DNA of 64,000 nucleotides from an uncultured Gemmatimonadales bacterium. Lineage in GTDB: Bacteria > Gemmatimonadota > Gemmatimonadetes > Gemmatimonadales > GWC2-71-9. The stretch is from positions 480,001 to 544,000 of the forward strand of contig CAVOGR010000001.1 in assembly GCA_963695555.1 (NCBI GenBank), written 5' to 3'. The position numbers and the translations under genes are program-made. This document shows, piece by piece, positions 40,181 to 50,145 of the stretch (the first letter of the stretch is position 1; every line of letters begins with the position of its first letter). Under the pieces are notes generated by a model. The model had not been told where the DNA came from, ran no database searches, and saw only the letters and a list, made by a program, of their open reading frames with translations.

Positions 40181-41535
40181 GTGTGGTACTGGTGGTGGAT
40201 GATGTGCAGGCGATGGCGGAGCAGTACGCCTACGACCTCGAGCGTCTCGGCGGGTTCGAAACGAGAACGGCTGCGGGCGGGGCCGATGCGCTCGAGGTTC
40301 TCGAGAGTGAACATGTCGATTGCGTCATTCTCGATCTCGAGATGCCGGGCATGGACGGGTTCGAGGTGCTACGGGTTCTCCAGGACCGCGGGAACGCTGT
40401 GCCGGTGATCGTCTACACTGGCACTGGCAACTACGATCGGTGTGTCCAGGCCGTGCAGCTCGGCGCGTACAGCTTCATCGACAAATCCGAGCCGATGGCA
40501 AAGGTGATCCGAGAGGTGGTCAACGCCCTCGACCTGCGGAAGCTTGCCGACGAACTGTCCATTTTGCGCCGCCGCCTCGGCGACGACACACCGCTTCGCG
40601 GCGGCAGTCCCGCCATGGAGGAATTGCGGCGAGCCATTGGCCGGTTGGCGGCCGTGCCGAGTCCGGCACTGATTGTGGGCGAGAGTGGGGTGGGAAAGGA
40701 GCTCGTAGCTCGCGAGCTGCATCGCCTAGGCCCGCATACCGGTGAGCCATTCGTTGCAGTGAACAGTGCCGCACTGCCGGAACACCTGGTCGAGAGTGAG
40801 CTCTTCGGTCATGAACGTGGCGCGTTCACCGGCGCCCACAGGCTCCACATCGGCGCGTTCGAGCGTGCGGGCAAGGGCACCCTCTTCCTCGACGAGGTCG
40901 GGGAACTGGCGCCCCAGGTCCAGGCCAAGCTGCTCCGGGTCATCGAGGAGCGCGACGTAATGCGGGTCGGGGGGACGCGTCCCGTCGCCGTACGGGCGCG
41001 CGTGGTGGCTGCCACCAATCGGGACCTCGAAGAGGAGGTTACGGCCGGCCGGTTCCGAGAGGATCTCTACTACCGGCTGAATGTGCACATCGTGCGCGTG
41101 CCGACGCTGCGTGAGCGACTCTCGGACATTCCCGACCTCGTGGAGCATTTCCTGGCATCCATCTGCGAGCGCTTTGGGATCCGGAAAGTCAACATTACGC
41201 CCGACGCGTTGGCAACGCTCATGCGATATGACTGGCATCGCAACAACGTGCGCGAACTCCGCAATATCGTCGAGCGCATGATCATCGCCGCGGATGGCGG
41301 GGTGATCCAGCCCGCACACGTGCCTGCCGAGCTTCGATCGGTCGGCCTGGTGGACACGGCGCACTCCCCGCAGACCTTCAAGGAACTCAAGGCGGAAGCC
41401 GAGCGGCGGATTCTGGTTGAGGCGCTCGAGCGGAACGATTGGCGGATCACCCAAACCGCCGAAGCCCTCGGGCTCGCCGATCACGCGAGCCTGCTCAAGA
41501 TCATGCGCCGCCACAACCTGACCAAGAACAAATAA
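40177..41535 (+). CDS. Sigma54-dependent response regulator (NtrC/NtrX family)
   Basis: [42 protein letters not shown]-terminal HTH. Confidence 0.95.
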   Translation: MSVVLVVDDVQAMAEQYAYDLERLGGFETRTAAGGADALEVLESEHVDCVILDLEMPGMDGFEVLRVLQDRGNAVPVIVYTGTGNYDRCVQAVQLGAYSFIDKSEPMAKVIREVVNALDLRKLADELSILRRRLGDDTPLRGGSPAMEELRRAIGRLAAVPSPALIVGESGVGKELVARELHRLGPHTGEPFVAVNSAALPEHLVESELFGHERGAFTGAHRLHIGAFERAGKGTLFLDEVGELAPQVQAKLLRVIEERDVMRVGGTRPVAVRARVVAATNRDLEEEVTAGRFREDLYYRLNVHIVRVPTLRERLSDIPDLVEHFLASICERFGIRKVNITPDALATLMRYDWHRNNVRELRNIVERMIIAADGGVIQPAHVPAELRSVGLVDTAHSPQTFKELKAEAERRILVEALERNDWRITQTAEALGLADHASLLKIMRRHNLTKNK

Positions 41536-41536
41536 A

Positions 41537-41698
41537 GTGTCGATTCGGACACATAAGGGTTGATCGTGCCGTGTCTGATCGGACACATCCCACTGGTTCT
41601 GGTCTGTCGCGACCGCTGGCTCTCACCTCATAAATAATTATAAATCAACACACTACGGCATCGCACTCCGGTCCGTGGCTGGGTGGCCACCTGCTTGC
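41537..41698 (+). promoter_or_regulatory. Sigma54 promoter with two upstream activator palindromes and an IHF-like site
   Basis: GTGTC-N6-GACAC at 41537-41552 and 41571-41586; AT tract plus AATCAAcacaCTA at 41643-41655; TGGCCACCTGCTTGC at 41684-41698 (GG-N10-GC). Confidence 0.85.
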
Positions 41699-41765
41699 CT
41701 CTAGAGCCGGGTGACCACGTCGGTCCAGTTCACCCGCCCCAGAGGGGCCCAATCCGGAGGACACC

Positions 41766-42758
41766 ATGACCCACCCTATCCGTGCTGCCGTCGCACTTCT
41801 TCTCGCTGTGCCAATTGTGGCCAGCGGATGTGACGTCCCGGGCTACGATTCGGCCAAGACCACCTCGGTGGAAAGCCGCAGCGAGGCTCGAATGGTGCCA
41901 GTCTCTACCACCACGACCATGCCCGCGGCGTCTACCACCACCCCGACCGCTCCCGTGTTCACCGGACCGGTCTCCTTCGATGAGGCCGAGGCAGCCTATC
42001 GAGACAAGCGATACGAGGAAGCGTTCGGTATGTTCTCCGCGTACGCGATAGACCGCCCCGATAACGCGTGGGGTCGCTACATGCAGGGGCTGTCCGCCTG
42101 GAAGTCCGGACGCCTGGACGACGCGGCCGCGGCATTCGTGGCTGCGCTCGAAATCGATCCGGCCCATGAAAAGAGCCTGGTGAACCTGGCTCGCGTGTAT
42201 CTCGACCAGGACCGTCCGGCGGACGCGCTGGTCCAGGCCAAGCAGGCAGCGGAATTGAATCCCTCGTCGGGCAGCGCCTTCCGCCTCATCGGGCGGGCGT
42301 ACGGAGAGCTGGGAGATGGCGATGCGGCGCTCGAGGCCTACCATCGCGCGCTCGTGGTGGACGACCAAGATGCCTGGTCAATGAACAACCTGGGCCTTGT
42401 GTTGATCCAAGCGGGACGGTTCGACGAGGCGGTGCCGGCACTTGCCCGTGCGGTCGAGCTCCGCGACGACATTGCCATGTTCCACAACAACCTGGGTATC
42501 GCCCTCGAACGGAGCGGCTATCCCGGCGCGGCCGCCAAGGCCTTCGGCAGGGCGCTGGACGTCGACAGCACCTATGAGAAAGCCGCGACCAACCTAGCCC
42601 GCGTGACCGATCACGTCGTGGGCGCGGTGGAGGAAGACGTCGACCTCGAGTTCTTGGCCCAGCTCTTTCAGGAAGACATCGTGCGGTGGCGAGACACACC
42701 GGAGCCGGTCGTGGTGGAGCCGGTGGAGGAGGGTTCGCCGCCCATCACCAATGAATGA
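41766..42758 (+). CDS. Tetratricopeptide repeat lipoprotein
   Basis: GGAGG RBS, lipobox VASGC, Thr-rich linker, repeated NNLG..L / A...F..AL.LDP TPR units. Confidence 0.9.
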   Translation: MTHPIRAAVALLLAVPIVASGCDVPGYDSAKTTSVESRSEARMVPVSTTTTMPAASTTTPTAPVFTGPVSFDEAEAAYRDKRYEEAFGMFSAYAIDRPDNAWGRYMQGLSAWKSGRLDDAAAAFVAALEIDPAHEKSLVNLARVYLDQDRPADALVQAKQAAELNPSSGSAFRLIGRAYGELGDGDAALEAYHRALVVDDQDAWSMNNLGLVLIQAGRFDEAVPALARAVELRDDIAMFHNNLGIALERSGYPGAAAKAFGRALDVDSTYEKAATNLARVTDHVVGAVEEDVDLEFLAQLFQEDIVRWRDTPEPVVVEPVEEGSPPITNE

Positions 42759-42767
42759 CCACACAAG

Positions 42768-42798
42768 GCGGGGCGGCTACCATGTGTAGCCGCCCCGC
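42768..42798. terminator. Terminator-like hairpin between convergent TPR and PhzF genes
   Basis: 13-bp stem GCGGGGCGGCTAC-catgt-GTAGCCGCCCCGC. Confidence 0.65.
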
Positions 42799-42942
42799 GG
42801 GTCATTCAGTGCGTTCGTGCAGCAGATTGTCCTGACACGTCGGAGAATGAGCAGCTGGCGTTACGCGGTCCGTGTCGAGCCAGATTTGGTTTGCCGGGCC
42901 GCTCGCTCGTGCCGGGACTCGGTGCAGAAGATCAGGAAGGAC

Positions 42943-43764
42943 TCAGCGTAGCTCGCCAGCATGAACCGGCAGGTCTGCCAAGAGCTCCGCCCGGAGCACC
43001 GTGACGGCCTGTCCGCCGAGGATGACGCGGTCGCCGTTGCGCCGCACCTTGAGCACGCCGCCCCGCGCCGAGGCCTGATAGGCCATGAAGGCGCTCTTGC
43101 CCAATCGCTTTTCCCAATAGGGGACGAGGCAACAATGCGCCGACCCGGTAACCGGGTCTTCCGTGATGCCGGCGGCGGGAGCGAAATAGCGAGAGACGAA
43201 ATCGAACCCCGGTCTCGAGGTGCGGCTGGTCACGATGCAGCCGCGAGCGGGGATCGTGGCCAGCCTGCCGAAGTCGGGTTGGAGGCCGGTCAGGATCTCT
43301 TCGCTCTCGACCTCGACCAGGAGGTCGAACTTGCTTTTCCCTACGTAGGTGGGAGTCGCGCCGATGGCTTCGGCCAGGCTGGGGGGCGGCGGTGTCGCTT
43401 CCGCGGGAAGTGCCGGGAAGTCCATTTCGATCCACTCGCCCGCCTGCGCGGCGGTCAAGAGACCGCTCCGAGTATGGAAGCGAGCCTGGGCACCCGCGTT
43501 CAGCCGACCCAACTCCCAGAGCACGTGCGCGCTGGCCAGTGTTGCGTGCCCGCACAAATCGACCTCGAGCTCCGGGGTGAACCATCTGAGATTGTACCCG
43601 TCACCGTTCTCCAGCAGGAACGCCGTCTCCGAGAGGTTCATTTCTTGTGCAACCTGTTGCATCCAACGATCGGTCTGCGGTTCCGACAGCAGGCACACGC
43701 CCGCCGGATTTCCGGTGAACGGCTCGGAGGCAAAGGCATCGACTTGGAGCAGTGGAACGGGCAT
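42943..43764 (-). CDS. PhzF family epimerase/isomerase
   Basis: QVDAF...GNPAGV, EMNLSETAF, LRWFTPELEVDLCGHATLA, EDPVTGSAH. Confidence 0.95.
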   Translation of the reverse strand: MPVPLLQVDAFASEPFTGNPAGVCLLSEPQTDRWMQQVAQEMNLSETAFLLENGDGYNLRWFTPELEVDLCGHATLASAHVLWELGRLNAGAQARFHTRSGLLTAAQAGEWIEMDFPALPAEATPPPPSLAEAIGATPTYVGKSKFDLLVEVESEEILTGLQPDFGRLATIPARGCIVTSRTSRPGFDFVSRYFAPAAGITEDPVTGSAHCCLVPYWEKRLGKSAFMAYQASARGGVLKVRRNGDRVILGGQAVTVLRAELLADLPVHAGELR

Positions 43765-43834
43765 GCGACATCACCGGGTAGGGGGGGACAACCGGCACCG
43801 CTGAATCATAATCGGATGCCCAACGGAAATGGTA

Positions 43835-44809
43835 TCACTCGGCATAGTGGCAGGCTGTTACCGAGTCTCCGACTTGGCGCAGCACGGGTTGCTCGAGTGA
43901 ACAGCGCGTATCTTTTCGCGGATGGAAGCACCGGGGATGAAACGGGCACCCGCTTGGAGGGGTCGAGGGGCTCGGAGGCTCGCCGCCGAGGACGATGCGC
44001 CGGCGCGATTCGGTGGGATGAGGTTCGAGGGCCGCCGAAATGAGAGCTTGGGTGTAGGGATGTCGCGGTGCCGTAAGCAGCGACTCGGTCGGCGCGCTCT
44101 CGACGATTCGTCCCAGATACATGACCAGCGTGCGCTGGGCCAGCTGGCGCACGATCGCGAGATCGTGCGCTATGAACAACAGTGACAGCCCCCGTGTTCG
44201 TTGCAATTCTCCGAGTAGGTTCATCACCTGGGCTTGAACCGACACGTCGAGGGACGAAACCGGCTCGTCGCACACGAGGAATGAAGGCTCCACGGCCAAC
44301 GCGCGGGCGATCCCGATGCGTTGTCGCTGTCCGCCGGAGAACTCGTGGGGATACTTTTCGGCGGCGTCGCGGCCCATACCGACCTCGGCAAGAAGCTGTC
44401 CGACCCGTTCGGGAATGGCCGCGCGCGGAGCCAACCTGTGGATCTCGATGCCTTCGGCCACGGCTCGGCCCACCCGCATCCTGGGGTTCAACGAGCCGTA
44501 TGGGTCCTGAAACACGATTTGCATGCGTCGCCGGAGGGCTCGAAGTTCACGTGACGGGAGAGCAAAGACGTCGTGCCCATCGAACCAGACCCGTCCGGAT
44601 GTGGGTTGTTCGAGCCGAAGGATGGTTCGGCCGATGGTGGACTTGCCGCAGCCCGATTCGCCGACGAGCCCCACCGTCTCGCCGCGCGCAACCTCGAACG
44701 ATACCCCGTCCACCGCACGCACCGGCGCGCCGGCCGCACGCAGCATGCTCACCCCGCGATAGTACTTGACGAGGTTCTCGACCACGAGCAACGGATCGGC
44801 GGCAGTCAT
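43835..44809 (-). CDS. Oligopeptide ABC transporter ATP-binding protein (OppF/AppF-like)
   Basis: [31 protein letters not shown]-terminal CPFHPRC. Confidence 0.95.
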   Translation of the reverse strand: MTAADPLLVVENLVKYYRGVSMLRAAGAPVRAVDGVSFEVARGETVGLVGESGCGKSTIGRTILRLEQPTSGRVWFDGHDVFALPSRELRALRRRMQIVFQDPYGSLNPRMRVGRAVAEGIEIHRLAPRAAIPERVGQLLAEVGMGRDAAEKYPHEFSGGQRQRIGIARALAVEPSFLVCDEPVSSLDVSVQAQVMNLLGELQRTRGLSLLFIAHDLAIVRQLAQRTLVMYLGRIVESAPTESLLTAPRHPYTQALISAALEPHPTESRRRIVLGGEPPSPSTPPSGCPFHPRCFHPRKDTRCSLEQPVLRQVGDSVTACHYAE

Positions 44810-45783
44810 GCGGGCGCCTCCTCCACGAGCCAACATGCTGCATGGTGTCCGTGGCCCGCTTCCAAACGTGGCGGGTCATCCACGTGGCAGCGGGGCATCG
44901 CCTTGGGGCAGCGGGGATGAAACCGACAGCCCGGCGGCCAATGGGCGGGATCGGGCACGGCGCCGGGAATCGGAACTAGCGGTCGGCGCGGGCCCGTCAG
45001 CCGCGGAACTGAGTTGAGGAGGCCTTGGGTATACGGGTGGGTCGGTTTGGAAAACAGCGCGCCCGTCTCGGCCTCCTCCACGATGCGCCCGGCATACATC
45101 ACGGCTACGCGATCCGCATGGCCCGCGACAATGCCCAAGTCGTGGGTGATGAGGAGGATGGCCAGGCCATGGCTCGCTTGGAGTCGGTCGAGGATCTCCA
45201 GGATTTGCGCCTGCACCGTCACGTCCAGCGCGGTGGTCGGCTCGTCCGCGATGAGGACCTCGGGTCCGGTCGCGAGCGCCATCGCGATCATTACGCGCTG
45301 GCGCATGCCCCCGCTCATCTCGTGGGGATACTGATCGATTCGACTGGCCGGATCGGGAATGCCAACCTCACGCAACAATGCCAGTGCCCGGTCGCGCGCG
45401 GCCTTTGGCGTTACCGACTCATGCGCCGCGATCGTCTCGATGATTTGGGCACCCGCGGTGAATACCGGGTTGAGGCTCGTCATGGGATCCTGGAACACCA
45501 TAGCCAGGTGCTTCCCGCGCATCGACCGGAGCGCGCGCGGGTCCATGGCCAGGATGTCTAGATCTCCGAATCGGAGGCTGCTGCCGGGCTCGATCCGTCC
45601 GGGCGACGGTACCAGGCGCAGCAGGGCCAGGCTGGTCAAGGTCTTCCCCGAACCCGACTCCCCCACGAGAGCGAGTGTCTCCCCGCGGGCCAGCGCAAAA
45701 GTGACGCCATCGACCGGAGTCGAGGTCCCGGTGTCGGTGGGAAAACTGATCCGGAGGTCGCGAACGGTGAGCAGCGGGTTCAT
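44806..45783 (-). CDS. Oligopeptide ABC transporter ATP-binding protein (OppD/AppD-like)
   Basis: Start [46 protein letters not shown]. Confidence 0.95.
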   Translation of the reverse strand: MNPLLTVRDLRISFPTDTGTSTPVDGVTFALARGETLALVGESGSGKTLTSLALLRLVPSPGRIEPGSSLRFGDLDILAMDPRALRSMRGKHLAMVFQDPMTSLNPVFTAGAQIIETIAAHESVTPKAARDRALALLREVGIPDPASRIDQYPHEMSGGMRQRVMIAMALATGPEVLIADEPTTALDVTVQAQILEILDRLQASHGLAILLITHDLGIVAGHADRVAVMYAGRIVEEAETGALFSKPTHPYTQGLLNSVPRLTGPRRPLVPIPGAVPDPAHWPPGCRFHPRCPKAMPRCHVDDPPRLEAGHGHHAACWLVEEAPA

Positions 45784-46622
45784 GCCAGCCGCGGATCGGT
45801 GGCGGCGCGTAGCGCGTCGCCGAACATGTTGACGGCCAATACGGTCACGACGATCGCGAAGCCGGGAAAGACACTGGCCCAGGGCGCGACAAACAGGGTT
45901 TCCTGGGCGTCCAGAATCATGCCGCCCCATGTTGGCGTTGGCGGGCGGACGCCGACGCCAAGATAGGACAACCCCGCCTCGAGCAGGATCACGTTGCCCA
46001 CGCCGAGCGTCGCCGCGACGAGCAGCGGTCCGGATGCGTTGGGAAGGAGGTGGCGGAGCACGATCCGCATGCGGCTCGCGCCCAGCGCCTCTGCCGCGTG
46101 CACGTACGGCTCCTGCTTGATCCGAAGCACTTCGCCCCGAACCAGTCGGCTCGTGCCAAACCACCCGGTCGTGCCGAGTACGACGATGAACGCGGCGAGC
46201 GGCATGGCGTCCCACGCAGCGACGACGAGCAACAGGACGAACAATCGCGGAATGGCCAGCGCGCCGTCGACCAGCCGCATAAGAGCGACATCGACCCACC
46301 CACCCCAATAGCCGGCAACCAATCCCACAACGGCGCCCAAGGTGATCGACAGCGCAACCGCCACCAACGCAATCGACAGCGAGATGCGGGCTCCGGTCGC
46401 GACCCGTGCGAGCACGTCGCGGCTGAGTTGATCGGTTCCGAACCAATGGGCGGCACTCGGCGGCCGATTGGCACCCGCGAGAATGTCGGGTTGGGCCAGC
46501 GGATCCGGCAAGAAGAGCGGAGCGACGACAGCCGCAACCACGAGGCCGGTTAACACGAAGACCCCAAGCCGGCCTCGAGATGACGAGACCGCATGCAGCA
46601 ACACCTCCCGAACAGTGCTCAT
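45780..46622 (-). CDS. Oligopeptide ABC transporter permease (OppC/AppC-like)
   Basis: HWFGTDQLSRD, EAA loop AAEALGA, EAGLSYLG, NMFGDALR; ATGA overlap. Confidence 0.95.
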   Translation of the reverse strand: MSTVREVLLHAVSSSRGRLGVFVLTGLVVAAVVAPLFLPDPLAQPDILAGANRPPSAAHWFGTDQLSRDVLARVATGARISLSIALVAVALSITLGAVVGLVAGYWGGWVDVALMRLVDGALAIPRLFVLLLVVAAWDAMPLAAFIVVLGTTGWFGTSRLVRGEVLRIKQEPYVHAAEALGASRMRIVLRHLLPNASGPLLVAATLGVGNVILLEAGLSYLGVGVRPPTPTWGGMILDAQETLFVAPWASVFPGFAIVVTVLAVNMFGDALRAATDPRLA

Positions 46623-47593
46623 GTGGCGTGTCGCACCCTGGGGTCCAGCCAGGCGTAGGCCATATCCGTCAGCCATCCACCTCCGACAACCAACGCCGCC
46701 GCCAGGAGCGAAGCTCCCATAATGACGGGGTAGTCTCGGCCTGAGATCGCCTTGGCCGTGAGCGACCCCAGCCCCGGCCAATTGAATACATGCTCGACGA
46801 AGACCGAACCGGTCACGACGATGGGAAGCCAGAGTCCAAACAGAGTGATCACGGGAAACAGGGCCGTCCGCCAGGCGTGCCGCCAGATGACGTGCCGCTC
46901 CGACAACCCTTTGGCGCGGGCGGTCCGAATATAGGGCTCGCGCAGCGCCTCGATCATGGCAGTGCGTTGGTAGCGCATCGTGGCCGCGATACTCACGATC
47001 GACAGCGTGAGTGCAGGGAGGACCAGGTGGCGGAGAATATCGAGGGATCGCACCACGACCCCGGCATCAGGCGGCAGCAGGGGGTCGATCATGCCGAGGG
47101 CCGGCAGGATGTGCCACCGGATGCCCACGAGCCAGGCGAGGATCAGGCCCAGCCAAAAGGACGGCATTGCGAATGCGGCCAACGACAGCGTCGACAGCCA
47201 TCGGTCGAGTCGTCCGCCGAGGCGGACGGCCTGCAGGGCACCGAGCCAGATGCCGAGGGTGAAGTTCAACACCAGCACCGTGCCGCCGAGCAGGAGGGAG
47301 GCGGGGAGCCGTTGACGAATGAGCGTCGTGACCGGGATGCGGTATTCGATCGACACGCCGAGCTCCCCTCGGGCCAGGCCACTCACGAAGCGCGTGAATT
47401 GCTGCGGGATCGGCTGGTCCAGGCCATAGAGCGCCCGGAGGGCGGCAACTTCTTCGGCGCTCATGGGCCGGTCACCCATCAGCCGGGCGAGCGGATCGCC
47501 GGGGGTCACGCGCATCAAAACGAACATGAGCACGGCCGCGACCGCGATGGTCACGGCCGCCTGCGCCGTCCGGCCTGCGATCCAGCGCCTCAC
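46619..47593 (-). CDS. Oligopeptide ABC transporter permease (OppB/AppB-like)
   Basis: PGDP, YGLDQP, YIRTARAKGL, VEHVFNWPGLG, LDPRVR. Confidence 0.95.
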   Translation of the reverse strand: MRRWIAGRTAQAAVTIAVAAVLMFVLMRVTPGDPLARLMGDRPMSAEEVAALRALYGLDQPIPQQFTRFVSGLARGELGVSIEYRIPVTTLIRQRLPASLLLGGTVLVLNFTLGIWLGALQAVRLGGRLDRWLSTLSLAAFAMPSFWLGLILAWLVGIRWHILPALGMIDPLLPPDAGVVVRSLDILRHLVLPALTLSIVSIAATMRYQRTAMIEALREPYIRTARAKGLSERHVIWRHAWRTALFPVITLFGLWLPIVVTGSVFVEHVFNWPGLGSLTAKAISGRDYPVIMGASLLAAALVVGGGWLTDMAYAWLDPRVRHAT

Positions 47594-47630
47594 CGCGCCA
47601 CGGCGTGGTCGAAAGCCCTGCCCGCGCGCC

Positions 47631-49253
47631 TCAGGGAGCGACGGTCCATTGGTAAATCGTAGACCACGGGCTCCACGGCGTGAGGGTTACGGTGCCGAAG
47701 CGGCGGTGAATGGCGACGACCTTTGCGGGTGCGTAGAGAAAGGCGGCCGGGGCGTCGTCACGGATCTGCAGGAGGACGGTCTTCCAGAGCGGAGCTGGAT
47801 CGGCGGAAGTCGTCAGCGCCACCGCCATCAGAGAATCGACGCGAGGATCGCAGTAGCCCCCGACGTTCGCATTGGGCACGCCGACGCTCTGGCACGACCA
47901 GCTGTTGCGGATCCCGGACGGAGTCGGATCCATGCTCGCGGCAGCGATCTCCATGTCGAAGCGTCCGGCGTTGCGCCGCTCGATGAACACTGGAATGGCG
48001 AGGATGGAGAGTTCGACCCGAATACCGATGCCACGGAGCTGCTCTTGAATCTCGAGCCCCATCTGACGCCGGGAGGCGCTCGTCGCGGGGATGTTGAGCG
48101 TGAGCGCCAACGGCCTGCCGCCACGATCGAGCACCCCGTCCCGATCGCTGTCCCGCCAGCCGGCCTGGCGCAGGAGCCGGCGCGCTTGGGCCGTGTCGCG
48201 TGCCTCGGCCGGGCCCGCTAACCCCCGAATCCAGAAGATTTGTGGTGTAGGGCCGTTGGGCACGTCTCCGAAGTCGCCGAACAACGACCGAGTGATCGCG
48301 TGCCGGTTGAGGGCCAAGGTGATGGCGTGGCGAACCCGGGCGTCGCCCAGCACCGGATGGGCTCGGCTGAGGTCGTCCGGCGAGCGCTGATTGAAGAGGA
48401 GATATCCAACGATGCTTCCCGGGACCGTGTGGAGTTGGATGTCCTTGTGCCGGCCCAGTCGTTCGAGATTGGACAGCGGCGGGACCACGCCCTCCGACGC
48501 ATCGGCCTCACCGCTCAACAACATGATCAGGCGGGCGTCTGGCGACTCGGCGGCACGGAAGATGACCCGAGTGATGTGAGGCCGGCCCAAGAAATGATCG
48601 GCCACGGCGGTCAGTTCGACGAATTGTCCCGGCACCCGCCGTCCCCATCGATATGGTCCGTTGCCGACGGGCTGTTGGGCGAAGTCGGACGACGCAAACA
48701 AGGAATCGGGCACCGTCCCGACCAAATGCGCCGGAAGCGGCTGAACATGAAACACGGCATCGTACAGCTGTTCGTTATAGGCGCGGTCGAATGTGATCAC
48801 GACGCGGCGGGCTCCCTCCGCGGACACCGAGACAATGTGCCGGATGGCGGGTGCGAGATGTCCGCCGGTGGCGGGATTGCGCGCGCGGGTGAATGTGAAC
48901 ACGACATCCCGGGCGGTGACCGGGACGCCGTCGTGCCACCGTGCGGCGGGATCGAGATCGAAGGCGAGCGTCACGGAATCGCGGCGTTGCCAGCTCGAGG
49001 CCAGCTGGGGCACGAAGCCTTCATCGCCGGCGGTGCGAAGGCTTGGTCCCAAAGCGGCAAGCCGGAGAAACAGCAAATCCGCCACGTCCTGATTCCCCGT
49101 CCCTGAGATCAGGGTGGGGATTGGCAGCGTCGCCTCCTGCCCAGTGGCGATGACGATGGTCGCGGAGCGTTGTGCGCAGGCGAGTTCAGACCCGAAAACG
49201 AGCACACCGACTACGATTGTTGTGCTGAATACCGCGCGGGAGCGTGAGGCCAT
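47631..49253 (-). CDS. Peptide ABC transporter substrate-binding protein (family 5)
   Basis: WHDGVPVTARDVVFT, PVGNGPY, DARVRHAI, DRDGVLDRGG; AAGGA RBS before MASRSR. Confidence 0.92.
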   Translation of the reverse strand: MASRSRAVFSTTIVVGVLVFGSELACAQRSATIVIATGQEATLPIPTLISGTGNQDVADLLFLRLAALGPSLRTAGDEGFVPQLASSWQRRDSVTLAFDLDPAARWHDGVPVTARDVVFTFTRARNPATGGHLAPAIRHIVSVSAEGARRVVITFDRAYNEQLYDAVFHVQPLPAHLVGTVPDSLFASSDFAQQPVGNGPYRWGRRVPGQFVELTAVADHFLGRPHITRVIFRAAESPDARLIMLLSGEADASEGVVPPLSNLERLGRHKDIQLHTVPGSIVGYLLFNQRSPDDLSRAHPVLGDARVRHAITLALNRHAITRSLFGDFGDVPNGPTPQIFWIRGLAGPAEARDTAQARRLLRQAGWRDSDRDGVLDRGGRPLALTLNIPATSASRRQMGLEIQEQLRGIGIRVELSILAIPVFIERRNAGRFDMEIAAASMDPTPSGIRNSWSCQSVGVPNANVGGYCDPRVDSLMAVALTTSADPAPLWKTVLLQIRDDAPAAFLYAPAKVVAIHRRFGTVTLTPWSPWSTIYQWTVAP

Positions 49254-49347
49254 CGGGCGATCCTTCAAGGAGAGGATGCGCAGGCGCGAGTGGTCGTCGG
49301 AAAGATAAGAAGATAAGGGGGACAGCGGGGTGGGTGTGAGAAGCGGG

Positions 49348-50142
49348 TCACCGATTCCAGGTCCACGCCTCATCGCGGAACTGACCGGTGTACCGCTCCG
49401 CTGACGCGCGAAGACGACGCGTGCGCGCTCCATCCGCCGCCGTCCACGGCCCGCGCCATCCGGCCAGGGCCGAATGGATGGCCTCCGCTACTTCGTCAAA
49501 CGACACGCGTCGGCCGAGTTCCGCGGAAAGCGGTGTGTCGCGGGTGGACGGCGCCCGGTCCGCATCGAGCAACAGCTCGCGGACCGTCTCCTGTGAGTCT
49601 TCGAGGAGAATGGAGCCGTGCTGCAGGAAGGCCTCGCCCTGACGCAGTTGGGCGCTCCCGACCACCTTACCCCCGGTCAACATGATCTCCCCCCCCGCCG
49701 GGTGGGCGAAGCATGGTCCCGCATCGAGCCCAGCGCTGCCTCGGGGTGATGGGGCGAGCGACGCCGCGGCACCGAGCTGGGCCAGCGCCTCCGCGAGCAC
49801 GCCATGGATTTCCTGATAGGCGTCCTTCAGCGTGCCGAACTTCGCGGTCGGCGCCGCCACGGCGTAGGTCAGCTCGCGAGCGTGCCAGACTGCCCGGCCA
49901 CCGGTCGGACGGCGGACCACCGACAGCCCGAGCCGTCGGATACGCTCGCGATCGTATCGGCGTGTGGCGGGCTCGTTCCGCCCGAAGGAAAGGCAGTGGG
50001 GTTGCCACCGGTACAGCCGCAGATAGGCGCCGCCGTCTTCCGTGGCCAGATCGAGCAAGGCCCGGTCCAACGCCATGTTGCGCCAACCCGGCTCGCCGTC
50101 GGCCTCCACCAGCACGTGGCATCGCATGGCCTGGCCGATCAC
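49348..50142 (-). CDS. Lipoate-protein ligase / LipM-like octanoyltransferase
   Basis: NMALDRALL, LRLYRW, VRRPTGGRAVWH, KVVGSAQ, LQHGSI; adjacent to gcvP/gcvH. Confidence 0.9.
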   Translation of the reverse strand: MIGQAMRCHVLVEADGEPGWRNMALDRALLDLATEDGGAYLRLYRWQPHCLSFGRNEPATRRYDRERIRRLGLSVVRRPTGGRAVWHARELTYAVAAPTAKFGTLKDAYQEIHGVLAEALAQLGAAASLAPSPRGSAGLDAGPCFAHPAGGEIMLTGGKVVGSAQLRQGEAFLQHGSILLEDSQETVRELLLDADRAPSTRDTPLSAELGRRVSFDEVAEAIHSALAGWRGPWTAADGARTRRLRASAERYTGQFRDEAWTWNR

Positions 50143-50145
50143 TCG

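Noticed and set aside
42943..43764. Phenazine biosynthesis
   Set aside because: Lone PhzF-family gene with no phzA/B/D/E/G; such orphans are widespread.
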